In this document: positions 21,690-34,207 of the stretch, piece after piece
How positions within the stretch are numbered: the stretch's first letter is position 1
Layout: every line of letters begins with the position of its first letter
Source of the DNA: Naegleria gruberi
Lineage: Eukaryota
Reading direction: 5' to 3' (one strand)
NCBI GenBank assembly: GCA_000004985.1
Contig: GG738890.1
DNA: 64,000 bases
Program-made: the position numbers and the translations under genes
Notes under the pieces: generated by a model
What the model was told of the DNA's origin: nothing
Database searches by the model: none
The model's input: only the letters and a program-made list of their open reading frames with translations

Positions 21690-23405
21690 TTACAGTTTAT
21701 TCATTCTTCTTCCTTTAGCAGCTTGGCCGCTCTCTTTCATCCAAGCAATTGCCTTAGAGTTGAGAAGCACACTATTTCCCTTTATCCAAAGGCCATTATT
21801 AGGTCCAATGATAACTCCCTGCAATTGTTCATATCCTCTTGGTTTGTAGGTTGGAATGGAATCTTGCGAAATGGATTGAATAATTTGTGGAAGAGCTTGA
21901 TAAACGGTTTTTGCATGTTTGTGAGCACAAGTAGCAAGTTTAGTTTCCTTAACATTGGTGGCATCTCCAATTGCAAAGATATGATTGTAAGGTTTACCAT
22001 TTTCATCGAGTACTTGCATGCTTGGATTGACTTTCACGAATCCCTTCTCATCCAAACATTTGGAAAAGGTTGACTCCATAAAATCTGTTTGAGGTTTCAT
22101 ACCTGTACAGATAAAGCACACTGAGAAGCTTAAATTTGATTCCGTCTCCTCACCACTCTCACTCTTTGTGCGTACAGTGAAGGTGTATGGATCTTTCTGA
22201 GCTACAACTTGGCTCTTGAGTAGCACCTTAACATTACCCATTGTTTTGTAAATTTCAGAGACTGATTTGTGAGCTTCAGTGGATGGACGCATCAAAATGT
22301 CAGATCTCTGTATCAGAGTGACATTTTTCTTTTGATATTTTTCAGCTAGGAATCCAGCAACTTCTACACCAACATAACCTCCACCAATTACACATATTTC
22401 ATCTGCATGTTCTTTAGCATTTGAAATGAATTCATGAGATTCTACCAAGCTATCAGCACAATATGTATTTACAAATTTGATTTGGGAATCATTACTAATT
22501 GGTAACTCATTCCAACAAGTACATCCAGGTCCAACTACCAGATAATCATATCTGATAAAGTAGGTATTCTCTCGCTTACTTATTTTTCTAACATCCTCAT
22601 TCTCATTGATTATTTCCTTAGTTTCAAAAAAAACTCCAAACTTTGTGACATTGGTTGCAATTCCCTTAATACAAGTCACTGTTTCTGGGAGAGTTTTTTT
22701 GTGATCTACTGAAATATGATTAACATTATTCTTATCAGAAATAATTGTTGGATAAATTGGAACCAAATCAAGAGTTCCCTCCTTATCAATAACTGTTAAA
22801 TCGAATATTTCATTCAGAATACTCTTACAAATCTTATAACCGCTCATTCCTCCTCCAATTAAAACCAATTTGGGTTTTTGTAAAATCTTGAAAATATCAC
22901 TCTTTGATATCGTTGTACTATTTGATGATTGTGCATGTCCAATCCATCCCAAAACATTCATAATATTTACAAAAATCATTGAATCCTTCTCATTGAGATG
23001 CAACTGTGTACCAATCCAATCAATTAAATCACTCACTAAAAAGCAATGATAGGTCGTACTTCCAAACCATTGAAATCTCTTCTCTGACATTTTAACTCCA
23101 CTGTATGGCTTTTGAAATTCCTTAAAAACAATCATTTTGAGAGCTTTTACAAATTTTCCATCGAATAATTGTTCAAAAAATTCCTTTTTCATTTCTATTG
23201 ATGATGATTTTTCAATAATCATCTTTTCTATAATTTCCTTATCAATTAATTGTTTATATTCCGAAATTATTTGATCATTTAAAAATTCATCATCTTTTTG
23301 CATTCCGTGACTCTGATTTTCACTCATTTTCAATTCATTTTCATCAACATCTTGTAATTGTTCGGAAAAATCCAACACTTCTGTGGCAGCAGATTCAGTG
23401 GCCAT
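21690..23405 (-). CDS. DEP domain + AIF/AIFM2(FSP1)-like FAD/NAD(P)H pyridine-nucleotide-disulfide oxidoreductase
   Basis: The track ORF starts at a GTG; the first ATG (MATESAATE...) is at about 23405. The N-terminal DEP-like segment is KMSEKRFQWFGSTTYHCFLVSDLIDWIGTQLHLNEKDSMIFVNIMNVLGWIGH. Two Rossmann GxGxxG sites follow: KLVLIGGGMSGYK and ICVIGGGYVGVEVAGFLAEKYQKKNVTLIQRS, then FICTGMKP and IFAIGDATNV. These align well with AIFM2/AMID. Confidence 0.65.
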   Translation of the reverse strand: MATESAATEVLDFSEQLQDVDENELKMSENQSHGMQKDDEFLNDQIISEYKQLIDKEIIEKMIIEKSSSIEMKKEFFEQLFDGKFVKALKMIVFKEFQKPYSGVKMSEKRFQWFGSTTYHCFLVSDLIDWIGTQLHLNEKDSMIFVNIMNVLGWIGHAQSSNSTTISKSDIFKILQKPKLVLIGGGMSGYKICKSILNEIFDLTVIDKEGTLDLVPIYPTIISDKNNVNHISVDHKKTLPETVTCIKGIATNVTKFGVFFETKEIINENEDVRKISKRENTYFIRYDYLVVGPGCTCWNELPISNDSQIKFVNTYCADSLVESHEFISNAKEHADEICVIGGGYVGVEVAGFLAEKYQKKNVTLIQRSDILMRPSTEAHKSVSEIYKTMGNVKVLLKSQVVAQKDPYTFTVRTKSESGEETESNLSFSVCFICTGMKPQTDFMESTFSKCLDEKGFVKVNPSMQVLDENGKPYNHIFAIGDATNVKETKLATCAHKHAKTVYQALPQIIQSISQDSIPTYKPRGYEQLQGVIIGPNNGLWIKGNSVLLNSKAIAWMKESGQAAKGRRMNKL

Positions 23406-24022
23406 GGTTGTTGTATTTTTTTGTGTTGTTGTAATGTTCTGTTGCAATGCATCCCAATATTTCAAGAGAATTAAATTTGTGCGCACGAAGAGGAGTTTTT
23501 AACGAATATTTTGCCATCCGATTTAATAAGTGGACATTTGGCATGGATTGAGATTGGTTTTGGAAGAGGAATTGGAATTGCTGATGACATCCGCTTTCCA
23601 ATAGCCATGGGATTCATCTATTGAGTCTGTGCAAACACTTCTCAACACATTTCCCGCGCTTATTTACTGTTAGCTTTTCAATCATGAAGCTGTGGTAAAG
23701 TATCACCAAACATATGTGTCACAGTAGAAATCTTAATAATAACGATTCAGCAGCATAAATGAACATCTTATTCCCAGAATGTCAATCTTGGTCTATCTTT
23801 GGATCTCTCCAAATTTCTTAATAAATAACAAAATATCTAAGGGAACCATCTCCCTTTTTAGTAATTGTACAATGTGAACTATTTACTGTGAATGAACTTG
23901 TTGAGAGATACAGATGTGATGAACCTGCACAACACACAGTTTTGTAAACTCATACAATGTAGTGAGATGTAGTGAGTGTTGTGGTTCTGATTCAAAATAT
24001 CATTATCTGATTATATTCTTCT

Positions 24023-24943
24023 TTAACATTGACAGTAAGAACTCCAACTCTGATCTGCTCCTGCTTCCTCACTTGCTGAATTTTCTGGCGTTTTTGTCAC
24101 TCCTGGTATTATTATTGATTCCTTAGCTTTTGGCTTTAAATCATTATTCTCTACTTTGGTCAAAATTAGTTTTGTCAATTTGTTAAAAACATCAGAAACT
24201 CCATCTGAATTTTTTTACAATATTTTTTCAATATTTCAATATCCAAGATTACAACATTTCAAATAATTGAATTAATATTGAATTAATTGAACTTGGAAAC
24301 ATACCTCCTGTCACTGCAGAAGCTTCAAAAAATGCAGCATCCATATCATGTGCCAATTGAGATCCTCTCATGAAATTAACCTTTCTTTCATCTTCTTTAT
24401 CTTTTTTATTTCCAACTATAATGCAAGTAACATTATCATCACTCAATTCACGTGCATCCTCAATCCATCGTTTCACATTTTTAAATGATTCTTCATTGGT
24501 TATATCATAAACAACAATGGCACCAATTGCATCTCTATAATAACTTCTCACAACACTTCTATATCTTTCTTGACCTGCACTGTTTAATGTTTCAATGTAT
24601 AATTTGTAAAAATTGTGATTTTTTTGTAAATTTTCAAATAATTTCATTTACGTACGTATCCCAAATTTGAAGTTTAATTCGTTTTCCTCCGCAAATCACA
24701 TTTTTTGATCCAAATTCAACTCCGATGGTGTGTGTTTGGTCTTCATAGACTAGAAAATTGTCATGTTAGTTAAATAATAATGGAAAACTTACAATTTGCT
24801 TCTAAATATCTTCGCATGACACATGACTTTCCTATAGTTTGATAATGTTAATAAAATTGATGATGGAAAATAAATTTACCTGCACCAGAGTCTCCGATAA
24901 CAATTAATTTAAAGCAATAATCCAAAGCGTTGGCTGTTGTCAT
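24023..24943 (-). CDS. Rab-family small GTPase, 5 exons, C-terminal CQC prenylation motif
   Basis: Exons are about complement(join(24023..24204,24305..24579,24656..24749,24793..24831,24880..24943)). Total is 654 nt, giving 217 aa. The product is [74 protein letters not shown]....VGNKKDKE...[15 protein letters not shown]...SYCQC. P-loop, DTAGQ, NKxD, SAx and CXC motifs are all present. All introns have GT..AG ends. Confidence 0.8.
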
Positions 24944-25592
24944 TTTTTTGAATTTTGGTTATTAAAATCAAACTGGCACCTGACAGTTAAAAATAGGAGG
25001 GATGACGTAAGAGCAGATTTTTGTTGACCTGCCACAATAACCATTATTTTTGCTATTTCACATCAAACATTCTCGATTCATCCAATATTCAACAATCCCA
25101 AAAAGTTTTCTAACATGTTAATTAACATTAAAAGCTAATCATGCCTTAATAAATGCAACATAAGCGATTCTCCGAAACGGTAAAGATTCAAATACCCTTT
25201 TTTACCTTTAACAAACTCAGTAAATAAAACCAAAGAGAGAAACCATATCAAAATCCCATTAGGGCATTCACACATTCCTCCATAGTGGAATGGACTCTCT
25301 TCTAAATCACTTGAGGTTTTTGTCTCTGCGCGCAAGGTTGATATCCTGGAAGGATTCAATTGACAATGAATTGTTGTTGTTGAGGCCGATAACAACAGAG
25401 TAAGGACCTCATCAGTAATGATAACCTTGATTCAGAGTCAAAATCTAAAGGCTTCCTCTAGCGGATAGAGTTGCGCTGATGATGGTTGCGTGATGGTCCA
25501 CTTTATATTGAGGTTCAAATGGCCGGATTATCAGCAACGCTCTTGGATGCTTAAAAAAAACATCAGCAATACATTGCTTTTCTCACTTGAAA

Positions 25593-25904
25593 ATGGGTGT
25601 TTCATGTTCAACAAACCTGCAACCATCAGTATCATCAGGATCAGATTTATCTAGCTATAAAAATCATAATAGACACACTTCTCCTGTTAAACTTAAAAAA
25701 TCAAATTCTACAGGAAATTATAATTCTAGTTCTTCTTCAAGGAGAAGTTCTTCGAGTAAACACAGATCCTCATCAAGAGGGGGAACAGCCTCTATGTCTG
25801 ATAAGGAGAGAAGAAGAAGAAGGAAAGAAGAGGAAAACAGTGCACCAGATAACTTCTCTCTTCGGGAAACAATGAGAAGAAGCTCGTCAGCTTACCTTGA
25901 ATAG
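25593..25904 (+). CDS. small S/R-rich protein, possible N-myristoylated/palmitoylated (MGVSCS...)
   Basis: A 103-aa ORF starts at the second ATG with MGVSCST (Gly2, Cys5, Ser6 acylation context). The remainder is Ser/Arg-rich low complexity ending ..RRRRKEEENS... Evidence of coding is weak. Confidence 0.3.
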   Translation: MGVSCSTNLQPSVSSGSDLSSYKNHNRHTSPVKLKKSNSTGNYNSSSSSRRSSSSKHRSSSRGGTASMSDKERRRRRKEEENSAPDNFSLRETMRRSSSAYLE

Positions 25905-26012
25905 TTTTTCATTCAAACCGTTTTTTCTTACCCTTACTTCCTTAATTTATTCCTTCTGTAAATATATCTTCACTAGTATTATTATCAATATGATACATTT
26001 ATAAATCGTTTA

Positions 26013-28643
26013 TTATAATAGTAGAGCTTCCCTTTTATCCTGATCAGACAGTTCTATAGAGTTGTACATGAAAGAGACATAGTTTTCACCAAATAAACCA
26101 TTATCTTCAGAGAATACAAGATGGTCGTATTCTTCAGAGTTTTGCCTCTTCATTTTGGCAACCATATCCACTGATCTCCATCCAAAGCTCTTCCACCAAT
26201 TGAAATAGTTATCAGCATGGAAATTTTGAATGTTATCACGAATCTTTTTCATTTCTGTAAGGTATTCTGATTGAGAGATTTGAATTGTTGCATTCAATGA
26301 TTGAATCCAACTTGTATCTGTTAGGGTTGGTCTCACATGGAAATAAATATTGTTAACAACCAACATATTTGTTGTCTTCCATTTAAGTGGTAGTTGAGGA
26401 AGACAGTTTTTCAATATTTTACAAGAGTATTTACAAAGTGCTTCTATATCTTCAACTTGAAGTACCTTTTTGAGAGTTCTCTGTTGTAAAATGTGAAATT
26501 AGAAATTAAATTTTGAAAGAATGATACTTACATGCATTTTGTGTTTTCTGATTAACTTTGACATTAAATATTGATCATCTTTTGTCATTTGATGAATAAT
26601 TCTTAAGGCTACTGTTAAAACATAAACATTTCTCCAATTTGGTTTAGGGAAATTACTACTATTACTACTACTGGTGCTAGATTGGGTGCTCCTTTGATCG
26701 CCTCTCATAAAACTTTGAATAATTTGATTCAAAATTTCAAATAAATTCAAGACTTACCTTACGTCAGCATTACATTCATCTTGTACAATGTAGGACTTAA
26801 CCTCCAAATCCAAAAGTCTAAATAAGAGCACTTGAGTATCTGCCTCTTCCAATAGGTGAATAAAGTATTTGGCTTGCATTTGGCAACTCTTTCTCCAATT
26901 CTTAATCATCAATAAAACCACTGATAGAATAGATTTCAATAAAATATTGCAATATCTTCTCTTTTGTTCAGTTCCAACAAATCCTGTTCCTAATTCACCT
27001 TTTGTGGTCTTGTCAAGCAATGTAAGAATTGTTAGAACAAAATCTGGTAAATCCTCAATCATTAATCTCTATATTCAAGTTAGATGTCAAAGGTTAAAAT
27101 CAATTAATGCCAACTTACGTATAACGTCTCAGTTGTACTTGGAGATTCTATCAAAGCTCTTGGAAGAGTTACGTTGGTCTTATTATTTTCCTTCTTTTCA
27201 GGAGCTCTGTTATAGATATCGATGGCTTCTTCAACCAGTTTTGAAGAAATATTATCTTGATTTTGCTTAATATAGGCAGCTTTGGTTTCTGTGCTCACCT
27301 TCAATTTGAGAGACTTGGCTCTTTCTTTTTCTAAAACCTTGGTTAGTTTTGTGTATCCCTTCTTCTTTTGAATATTGTCAACGTCACAAAGGAAGAGAAT
27401 ATGAAGAGTTTTGTGCATTAGCATACACAATTTTTTCAAACTATGAATATTGTAAATATCACTAACTTCATGGAAAAGAGTTTTCTTAACAAGTTTCACA
27501 AGAACCAAAAAGAAGTGTTCAGAATCTTGTTTCTGTCCATACTTGGTTCTGTTAACAACTCCTCTCTCAAATAAATCATACTTCAATTCTTCTAGAACAT
27601 CTTGAGATGGATTCCAAGATTGCATAGTAAGGAAAATATAAAGAATGTTAGAGTAAAGGTTGAACCATTTTTCCTTTTCCTTACACTCCTTTTCAAATTT
27701 CTCAGTATCTATGAGTCTTTTGATTTGAATGTCAGCCAATACAAATGCGTGATGTTTAAATGCCATAAGAATTGTTGGCAATGCATTTGATTCGAGTATA
27801 ATATTACAATTTGCTTTTGCAACAGATGTACTTCCTCCAGAACCTTGAGTTCCAACATAACCCATAACAATTGCCAATAAATGATATCCATATTCCCAGT
27901 GAGATCCCTCAATTTTAGAAATAATTTTATCCAATTCCTTGTCAATAGCTGTTGCACCTATACTTTTTAAAAGGTCAGAACCTTTACAAGTGTGAAAAGT
28001 GAGCGCCTCACTCTTATCAAAAAATTCATCACAAGCTTCCAATAATAGAGCATGACCTCTCTCAATATCACTTGTATAATCCTCAATAACTCCCTTTTTC
28101 ATTACTGTAATATTTTTCAACTATTATAAAATGTAAACACCTCAAAATCATCATACATACATTTCCTGAAAACTTGGAAAATGAAAGATTCTTTTTTCTG
28201 GTTTTCAATCTTTTAAAAGCGCTTCCAAGAGCTTCTCCAGTTGATGGTTTTCCTTCTTCTTGTTGTTGGTTACTATTATTTTTAGGACTCGATACATCTT
28301 CCATTATTGGTTTGTTGTTGGTGGGTTTTGTATTCTTTTGTTGATGTTCTATTGGAGGTGAAGATGATCTAGTTGGAGCAAAACTCTCAACATCTCCATC
28401 CACAATTGATGATAAATATTTATCTTGTAATTTTCTGCCATTACTACTTGTTCCGATATTATTTTCAGAGGTAATGACCATATCATCATCATCCATCATT
28501 GATGAGGAATTTTGATCGACACTATTTGGACCAAGGGAAGGTGATTCATCACCTGTATTCATATCGGAAGGATAAGCCAAATAATGTTGATCTGCTTGCT
28601 GTTTGGCTAGCTGTTTAGAGAACGCAGCAGCAAATCTTTTCAT
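26013..28643 (-). CDS. conserved-looking multi-exon hypothetical protein (family unassigned)
   Basis: Collinear minus-strand ORFs 26013..26414, 26499..26750, 26754..27062, 27104..28120 and 28083..28643 are separated by short intron-sized gaps. They are non-repetitive apart from an N-terminal low-complexity exon. Splice sites were not resolved and no motif was recognised with confidence. Confidence 0.4.
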
Positions 28644-28753
28644 TTTTTAATAATTGAAATCTTTCATGTTTGTTCCTTATTCAGAAATCCATTTACTATT
28701 TAGAGTTCTTTAGAGAGTTTCTTAATGAAAATTATTACAACATTGCAAATTAT

Positions 28754-30010
28754 TTATTGTTCTGCTTTATAGGGTCCTGAGTAAGCTATGCCACTAACTA
28801 TCAATACAAAGAATATCGGAACACTCACACATAACAAGAGTACCAAGTTAAGAACACACAACATGTTGAATATTACAACACTGACATGACCTAGAGACCT
28901 AATTCTTGCAACACTTGAATGTCTGTATGGGAATAATAGAAGGAAAGGAAAACAGGAAAGAAATGGTAAACCTATAAAGAATAAGGCTACACTAATAATT
29001 ACTGCATTGGAAAATCTCTTCTCCACTGCTGAAACATAATCTCCATTTTCTTCAGTAATATGTATAGTGATTGTTGGTTGATTTACAGTTCGAAACATTG
29101 AGTTTTCATTGTTTGATGGGGAACCTTGAAGAGTTGGAATGTCTGGTAATGGTTGGTCAAGGGAAGGTCTGTATCTGTTAGCTGATGGAGATGCATGTGG
29201 GTCTGGTTTCGAATATGGGCTGCTTGTTTGCTGAAACGACATTGTGTCTGAAGCAGTGGATCCTCTTGGAAACAATGGATTGGAAAAGAATGGCTGAGTA
29301 GAAATAGAAGGACTTGGTGTTGGGCCTCCCAAATCAATATCATGAAAGTCATCATTATGTGAGACTGGAGAGAAGTGTTTCTGAGGTGTGGTTACGACTC
29401 GACTTGAAATATTGTTTGCATCGTTGAGTGTAACCTGATGATGAGATCCATACTGAACACCAGGTACATCATCTATGATAAGAGGAGGATGTTGATTATT
29501 TGAGCTTATTTCAATTACTGTTGCAGGAGCTTGTGTTGATTGTGAATTAAATTCGTCATCTGGGATATCAATATTATCAGTGCCAAATGGATCTTCTTCA
29601 TCCTGAACAATTTGTTCGGTTTCTCTGTTTCTTGGAGTAGCGTATGGGTTCTCGCAACCTACATATATTCCATTTTGATTACTGAGTACTAGATGATTAA
29701 TAGGCACTCCAACGGGTGGTGGAATGAAGTTTTGTTGATGTGGTTCTCCCACTGATGATGATTGATTTAATGTATCGGATGAGGTTGAAAAGGTAACTCC
29801 CAAAGGATTAAGGATACTCGTTGTTGTAGTCACCGTTGTCAATCCATCAACAGAAGTCGATGAATAAACAATAGGAATATTATTAGCTTGTTGATTAATT
29901 TCCCTACTAAGTGATTCATCATCATCGTTCTCCACTACGAGATTATTTGCTGAAGTCAAAGATGAAGATGACGATGACGAGTGAGAATTATTAAGAGGGT
30001 CAAGTCCCAT
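28754..30010 (-). CDS. S/T/P-rich protein with C-terminal double transmembrane segment
   Basis: This 418-aa ORF has a verified ATG. A long proline/serine/threonine-rich region (PPPVGVP, PSPS, PYSKP...) is followed by two hydrophobic helices (VIISVALFFIGLPFLSCFPFLLLF and VVIFNMLCVLNLVLLLCVSVPIFFVLIVSGIAY). Confidence 0.4.
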   Translation of the reverse strand: MGLDPLNNSHSSSSSSSLTSANNLVVENDDDESLSREINQQANNIPIVYSSTSVDGLTTVTTTTSILNPLGVTFSTSSDTLNQSSSVGEPHQQNFIPPPVGVPINHLVLSNQNGIYVGCENPYATPRNRETEQIVQDEEDPFGTDNIDIPDDEFNSQSTQAPATVIEISSNNQHPPLIIDDVPGVQYGSHHQVTLNDANNISSRVVTTPQKHFSPVSHNDDFHDIDLGGPTPSPSISTQPFFSNPLFPRGSTASDTMSFQQTSSPYSKPDPHASPSANRYRPSLDQPLPDIPTLQGSPSNNENSMFRTVNQPTITIHITEENGDYVSAVEKRFSNAVIISVALFFIGLPFLSCFPFLLLFPYRHSSVARIRSLGHVSVVIFNMLCVLNLVLLLCVSVPIFFVLIVSGIAYSGPYKAEQ

Positions 30011-30855
30011 TGTTTTGTGTATTATTAAAATAAATATGCGTGCGTGAACATGGGTTCTATTGAGCGGCTTAAAAGAAATCTACTTGGTTTGAAAACCCAT
30101 TTAGAAGCTATATCCTTAAAGATCAGAATACATGAAAGATAAAATGGAAAGATTGATTCCCTAAATCACCATTCAAGATTATTAACCAATTCATTTTCTT
30201 TAGAATACTTATAAGCTACATAAGGTTTAACACTGAGAAAATGCATATAAAGAAGCACTATGGATTATTGGTTATTAAACATATTCGTTGTTAACAAGTA
30301 GTAATTTATTGCTATAAATGTTGTCAGTCTAGTATTTGAATAGAAAGTTATCATAGAAATATGTTATGTCATATCTTTTAAATAATTCAAAGAAATATTT
30401 GCGCCAGAATTTTGAAAAAATGTCTATTGATGCATCCCAAGAAATATCACCAAATGATGATGGAATAATCCAACTAACCATTGAACCTCCTCCAACTTTA
30501 ACTTTGGAAGACAGCATCCCATCAAATAATCATCAATCTTCATCACTACTAGGAGAGGAATCTCATGTGAGAAATGAGGAAGGCTTACAAGTTGCAGTGC
30601 AAAATTCCAGTACCTCGGATTTAGGAAGCATTGAAAGGTATCACTTCAAATGATGTACTGCTGGATACCAGTAGCTCCATTCCTGGAAACAATGATGAAG
30701 ACTATTCGAACGTGAAGCAGGAACAAACAATAACGAAAGAAGAAATTTTGGAACCAAAAATAGGAGTTACCTTTGCTGAGCCACTCGAAAAAGGAGATGA
30801 TAAGGTAGAATTAGAGGAATTGAAAAGAAAACTCAGAAAATTACAACTCAAGCAC

Positions 30856-32660
30856 ATGTTTTCACGATTGGTGTTAACTGTTGCTTATTTCATAATCATG
30901 TTTGCATTTGGAGCATCACAATCAATAGTTGGGCCTTGTTTGGCATTCCTTACAGTGAACGTGGGAGCAACCCCAGCAACAATAGGTTTTATTTTCACAC
31001 TTAAAGGTCTTGGTTCAATAACTGGTACTCTTTTTGGTGGAAAAGTTTTGGATATAATTGCTGAACAATTGTCAAACTTTAGAGGATTTCTGTATGAATG
31101 GAAAAAGAAAAGGCTGTTAAAGAATAATCCCTATTCAACAGATGCTCTCGATAGCGAAAAGGAGATTGGGAAAATAAGAGGCCTTACTCCATTCAAACAA
31201 TATATTGCAAGAAATTATGCAATTAATTCTTACTTTGCAACTTGTGTGCTTGTGTTGGTGGGCTCATTGGTGGCAACTCCTTTTGTTAGAAATTATGGGC
31301 TGTTGTTGTTTGTTTATTTCATGTTTGGGTTAGGCTCTGGCCTCACTGTTATGCAAGGAAATGTCTTGTGTGTAAGTACACTGTAAATTGCAGGTTAATA
31401 ATCTCTGTTAAGGCATGGCTTTGGGGACAATACGCTGGTACAGCTCTCTTACTGAACTCAGCCATTATTGGTTTAGGGGCCTTCCTCTGTCCAATTATTT
31501 TGAATGGATTGATCGCATCTGATTCGCCATCGTCCACAATCACTACGAATAGTACTAGTTCATCATTCAGTTTTGCATTTGAACAAACAATTTTAGCAAC
31601 CTTTGAAAATTCCACCTCAAACTCTACCTCAATTAATGTGGATGCAATAGTGAATGGTAATTGGAGATTTACCTATGTAATTATTGGAGGTGTTTTATTT
31701 GCATCTGTAGCTATTCTATTACCTTTATTCCAAGTTATTCTAACCAAATTTGAATTATACAGACTCCATGGAATTATTTCAATTGATGGAATGGAAGAGG
31801 AAAATCTTAAAAAAACAATCGAAGCATACACAAAGAAACCAAAAGAGGAAGAATATGAAATGAAACAATCTCCAAGTATGGTTACGAATGAAATGATTCC
31901 TTCCCAGAGTACAGTAGACTTTTTAGAAAAAGAAGAGGAAATCGAGAAACAAGAAAAAGAAGAGGAAATGAAAGAGGGATTCTCTTTTGGTAAGATTATA
32001 TCCACTCCAATCCACTGGTATAACAAGCTTAGAACCTACAGAGCCTTTGTGTTTTTTGCCTTGGGATTTTTCTTTGCATTTGGCATAGAGACCTCAGTTG
32101 GTGGATTGATTTCAACATACTTGGTTAAATATGTTGGTACTACTGACATTTCACAAGCCTCTCTCATGGTCAGTATCTATTACTTGAGCATGACAATTGC
32201 CAGAATTATATCTGGTATTTTCTCTTACTTCCTTCAAAAGGTTTTCAGATTTACTCAAGTTGTAATCCTGAGTATCTCATTAATTGGACTTTTTTCAGGT
32301 ATAATTGTCATGTTAGCCATCCCTCAAAACAGTATTGTTGGTAGTTGGATTGGTGTAATTTTAATTGGTGCAAGCATAAGTACATTTATTCCAAGTTACA
32401 TTTCCTTCCCTGCAGCAACAGAAATGAAAGATGTTCACTTGTCTGGATTTTTGACATCTTTTCTCTTTGTTTTATCCTCAATTGGTGAAATGACAATTCC
32501 ACTTTTAATTACAAATTCTTGGATTTGGTTTGGCTACAATTCATTCTTCTGGGTCATTTTGATTGTAGCTCTCTTAATGTGTGTCACTACAATATGCTTA
32601 TTCTTCATGTCACTCGAGTTGAGAGCAAGAGTATACTCCCTATTCAATAAGAAGAAATAA
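30856..32660 (+). CDS. major facilitator superfamily (MFS) transporter, at least 2 exons
   Basis: Exons are about join(30856..31371,31413..32660), with a 41-nt intron GTAAGTACACTG...TGTTAAG. The product has about 12 predicted TM helices, a glycine-rich TM1-2 region FAFGASQSIVGPCLAFL.. and a central charged loop. An upstream coding exon (30422..30643, MSIDASQEI...) joined by a very short, 34-nt intron is possible. The 5' end is therefore uncertain. Confidence 0.65.
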
Positions 32661-33106
32661 ATAGTAATGTTATCGTCATAAGGACGAAACCATTCATGAT
32701 TTTCCTTACTATCTCACTTGAGAAATTCTCCACTGCTTATTTTATGAATCGGACAAATTTCAAAAATTGCAAGAAAAAACCAATATTATGTTCGATAATA
32801 ATTTATTTAACTAGCACGATCAGCAGCAGGAAATATTATGAAAAGAAAGACAACACTTTATCCTCTAGAGTCTCCTTCTTCACAGTACTCATAGAGAACG
32901 GAATATCTAGGCCAAGCCTTTTAAACAACTCGAAAACATCTCGAAAATTCCAAGCTTTTGAACCCTCATCAAAAGTATCGCATCGACACCCACACAGTCA
33001 AAGGAATCCTTCCTCAAGAGGACTCTGTGGAAGAATCACCAAAACCTTTTAAAAAAGTTCGAACATCATCTCATCATCAAGGGTGATAAGAGAAAATCAA
33101 AAAAAA

Positions 33107-34207
33107 ATGGAAGAAATATTGAAACAAATTAATGAAGATTGGTCGGAATGTTCAACTGACCAAGAAAAGATTGAAAGTAGTTTTGATAAATTGATAAAGG
33201 AGAAGAGAGCAGATCTTTTCTATTCGGAAAGTGATGTAAAGAAGAAGGCTGAAAAACAAAAAAAAAGACTTCGATCATGTGTAGCCATGATTGAATCTGT
33301 AGAAAAGGCTGGATCATCAAATGAAGAATTAATCAAGGATTTACAAGAAAAGAAACTAAAGATTAAACATTATATCAAGAAACTTGACGTGATCAACAAG
33401 CAAACTTTGAATACAGGAGGTAAATTTGTGGAACTATTTCTTGGTAAAGAGAGTAGTGCAGTTCTTGTCGGAGATGATTCTAAAAAGTTTAATTTCAAGA
33501 AGGAATATGAAAGTTTCAAGTACAAGTGCACTGTTTGGAACATTCCATTCACATTATTGTTATACTTTTTCATTCAATCTCGTGCAATTGATACCCTCTA
33601 TCAATTGTATTTGACCTATTTTTATTTAACACTTGCTCTTAGAGAAAATATTTTGGCAGTGAATGGAAGTAATATCAAGGCCTGGTGGATTAGACATCAC
33701 TACCTCTCTATCTTTTTAGTTATTACAATGTTAACATGGCCAGAAACAGCATTCTATCAAGCATATCGTCCTTACTTTTTACTTTACGCTCTATATGCCT
33801 CAATTGTCCAAGTTCTGCAATACAAATATCAAAAGGAAAGATTGTATGTTAGAACAGCTATTGGAAAGTCCAACATGATGGATGTTGCCAACTCTGATAG
33901 TTCTCAAGTTGTCGTCGAATCATCTCTTGCTCTTGTTTTCCTCTTACCATTCATCTTTATTGGACAAATCTTCCAAGTTTATAATGCTTACAAATTATTT
34001 GATTGGGGATTATTACATCCAGAATCATTTGGTGGTATTACTGTTGAATGGCAAGTTTATGCTAATGGTTTACTTTTCCTTATTTTGGCACTTGGTAATT
34101 TTGTCACCACTACTGAAGTTTTGGTAAAGAAGGTTAAGAGAGTCAAAAAGAGAAAGCAAGAAAAAGCTGCTCTAGCCAAGGCCTCAGAAGAAAAGAAGAT
34201 TGAATAA
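33107..34207 (+). CDS. TMEM120 (TACAN) family membrane protein
   Basis: The track ORF starts at a GTG; the first ATG is at 33107 (MEEILKQ...). An N-terminal coiled coil precedes a 6-TM domain. Signature matches to TMEM120A are WWIRHHYLSIFLVITMLTWP, QVLQYKYQKERLYVRTAIG and LLPFIFIGQIFQVYNAYKLF. Confidence 0.8.
   Translation: MEEILKQINEDWSECSTDQEKIESSFDKLIKEKRADLFYSESDVKKKAEKQKKRLRSCVAMIESVEKAGSSNEELIKDLQEKKLKIKHYIKKLDVINKQTLNTGGKFVELFLGKESSAVLVGDDSKKFNFKKEYESFKYKCTVWNIPFTLLLYFFIQSRAIDTLYQLYLTYFYLTLALRENILAVNGSNIKAWWIRHHYLSIFLVITMLTWPETAFYQAYRPYFLLYALYASIVQVLQYKYQKERLYVRTAIGKSNMMDVANSDSSQVVVESSLALVFLLPFIFIGQIFQVYNAYKLFDWGLLHPESFGGITVEWQVYANGLLFLILALGNFVTTTEVLVKKVKRVKKRKQEKAALAKASEEKKIE

Noticed and set aside
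25395-25590. GC-richer 200-bp tract with UGAUGA (box C-like) and CUGA (box D-like) elements and a GGTTCAAAT box-B-like motif; candidate snoRNA or tRNA
   Set aside because: No terminal stem pairs the 5' and 3' ends as needed for a C/D snoRNA. No acceptor, D or anticodon arm can be folded around the box-B-like motif. It is more simply the promoter/5' UTR of the gene starting at 25593.
30366-30653. ORF 30366..30653 as an independent 95-aa gene upstream of the MFS transporter
   Set aside because: It is more likely either a 5' coding exon of the MFS gene, needing a borderline 34-nt intron, or a 5' UTR uORF. It is not called as a separate gene. The MFS start is placed conservatively at the ATG at 30856 and the uncertainty is flagged.
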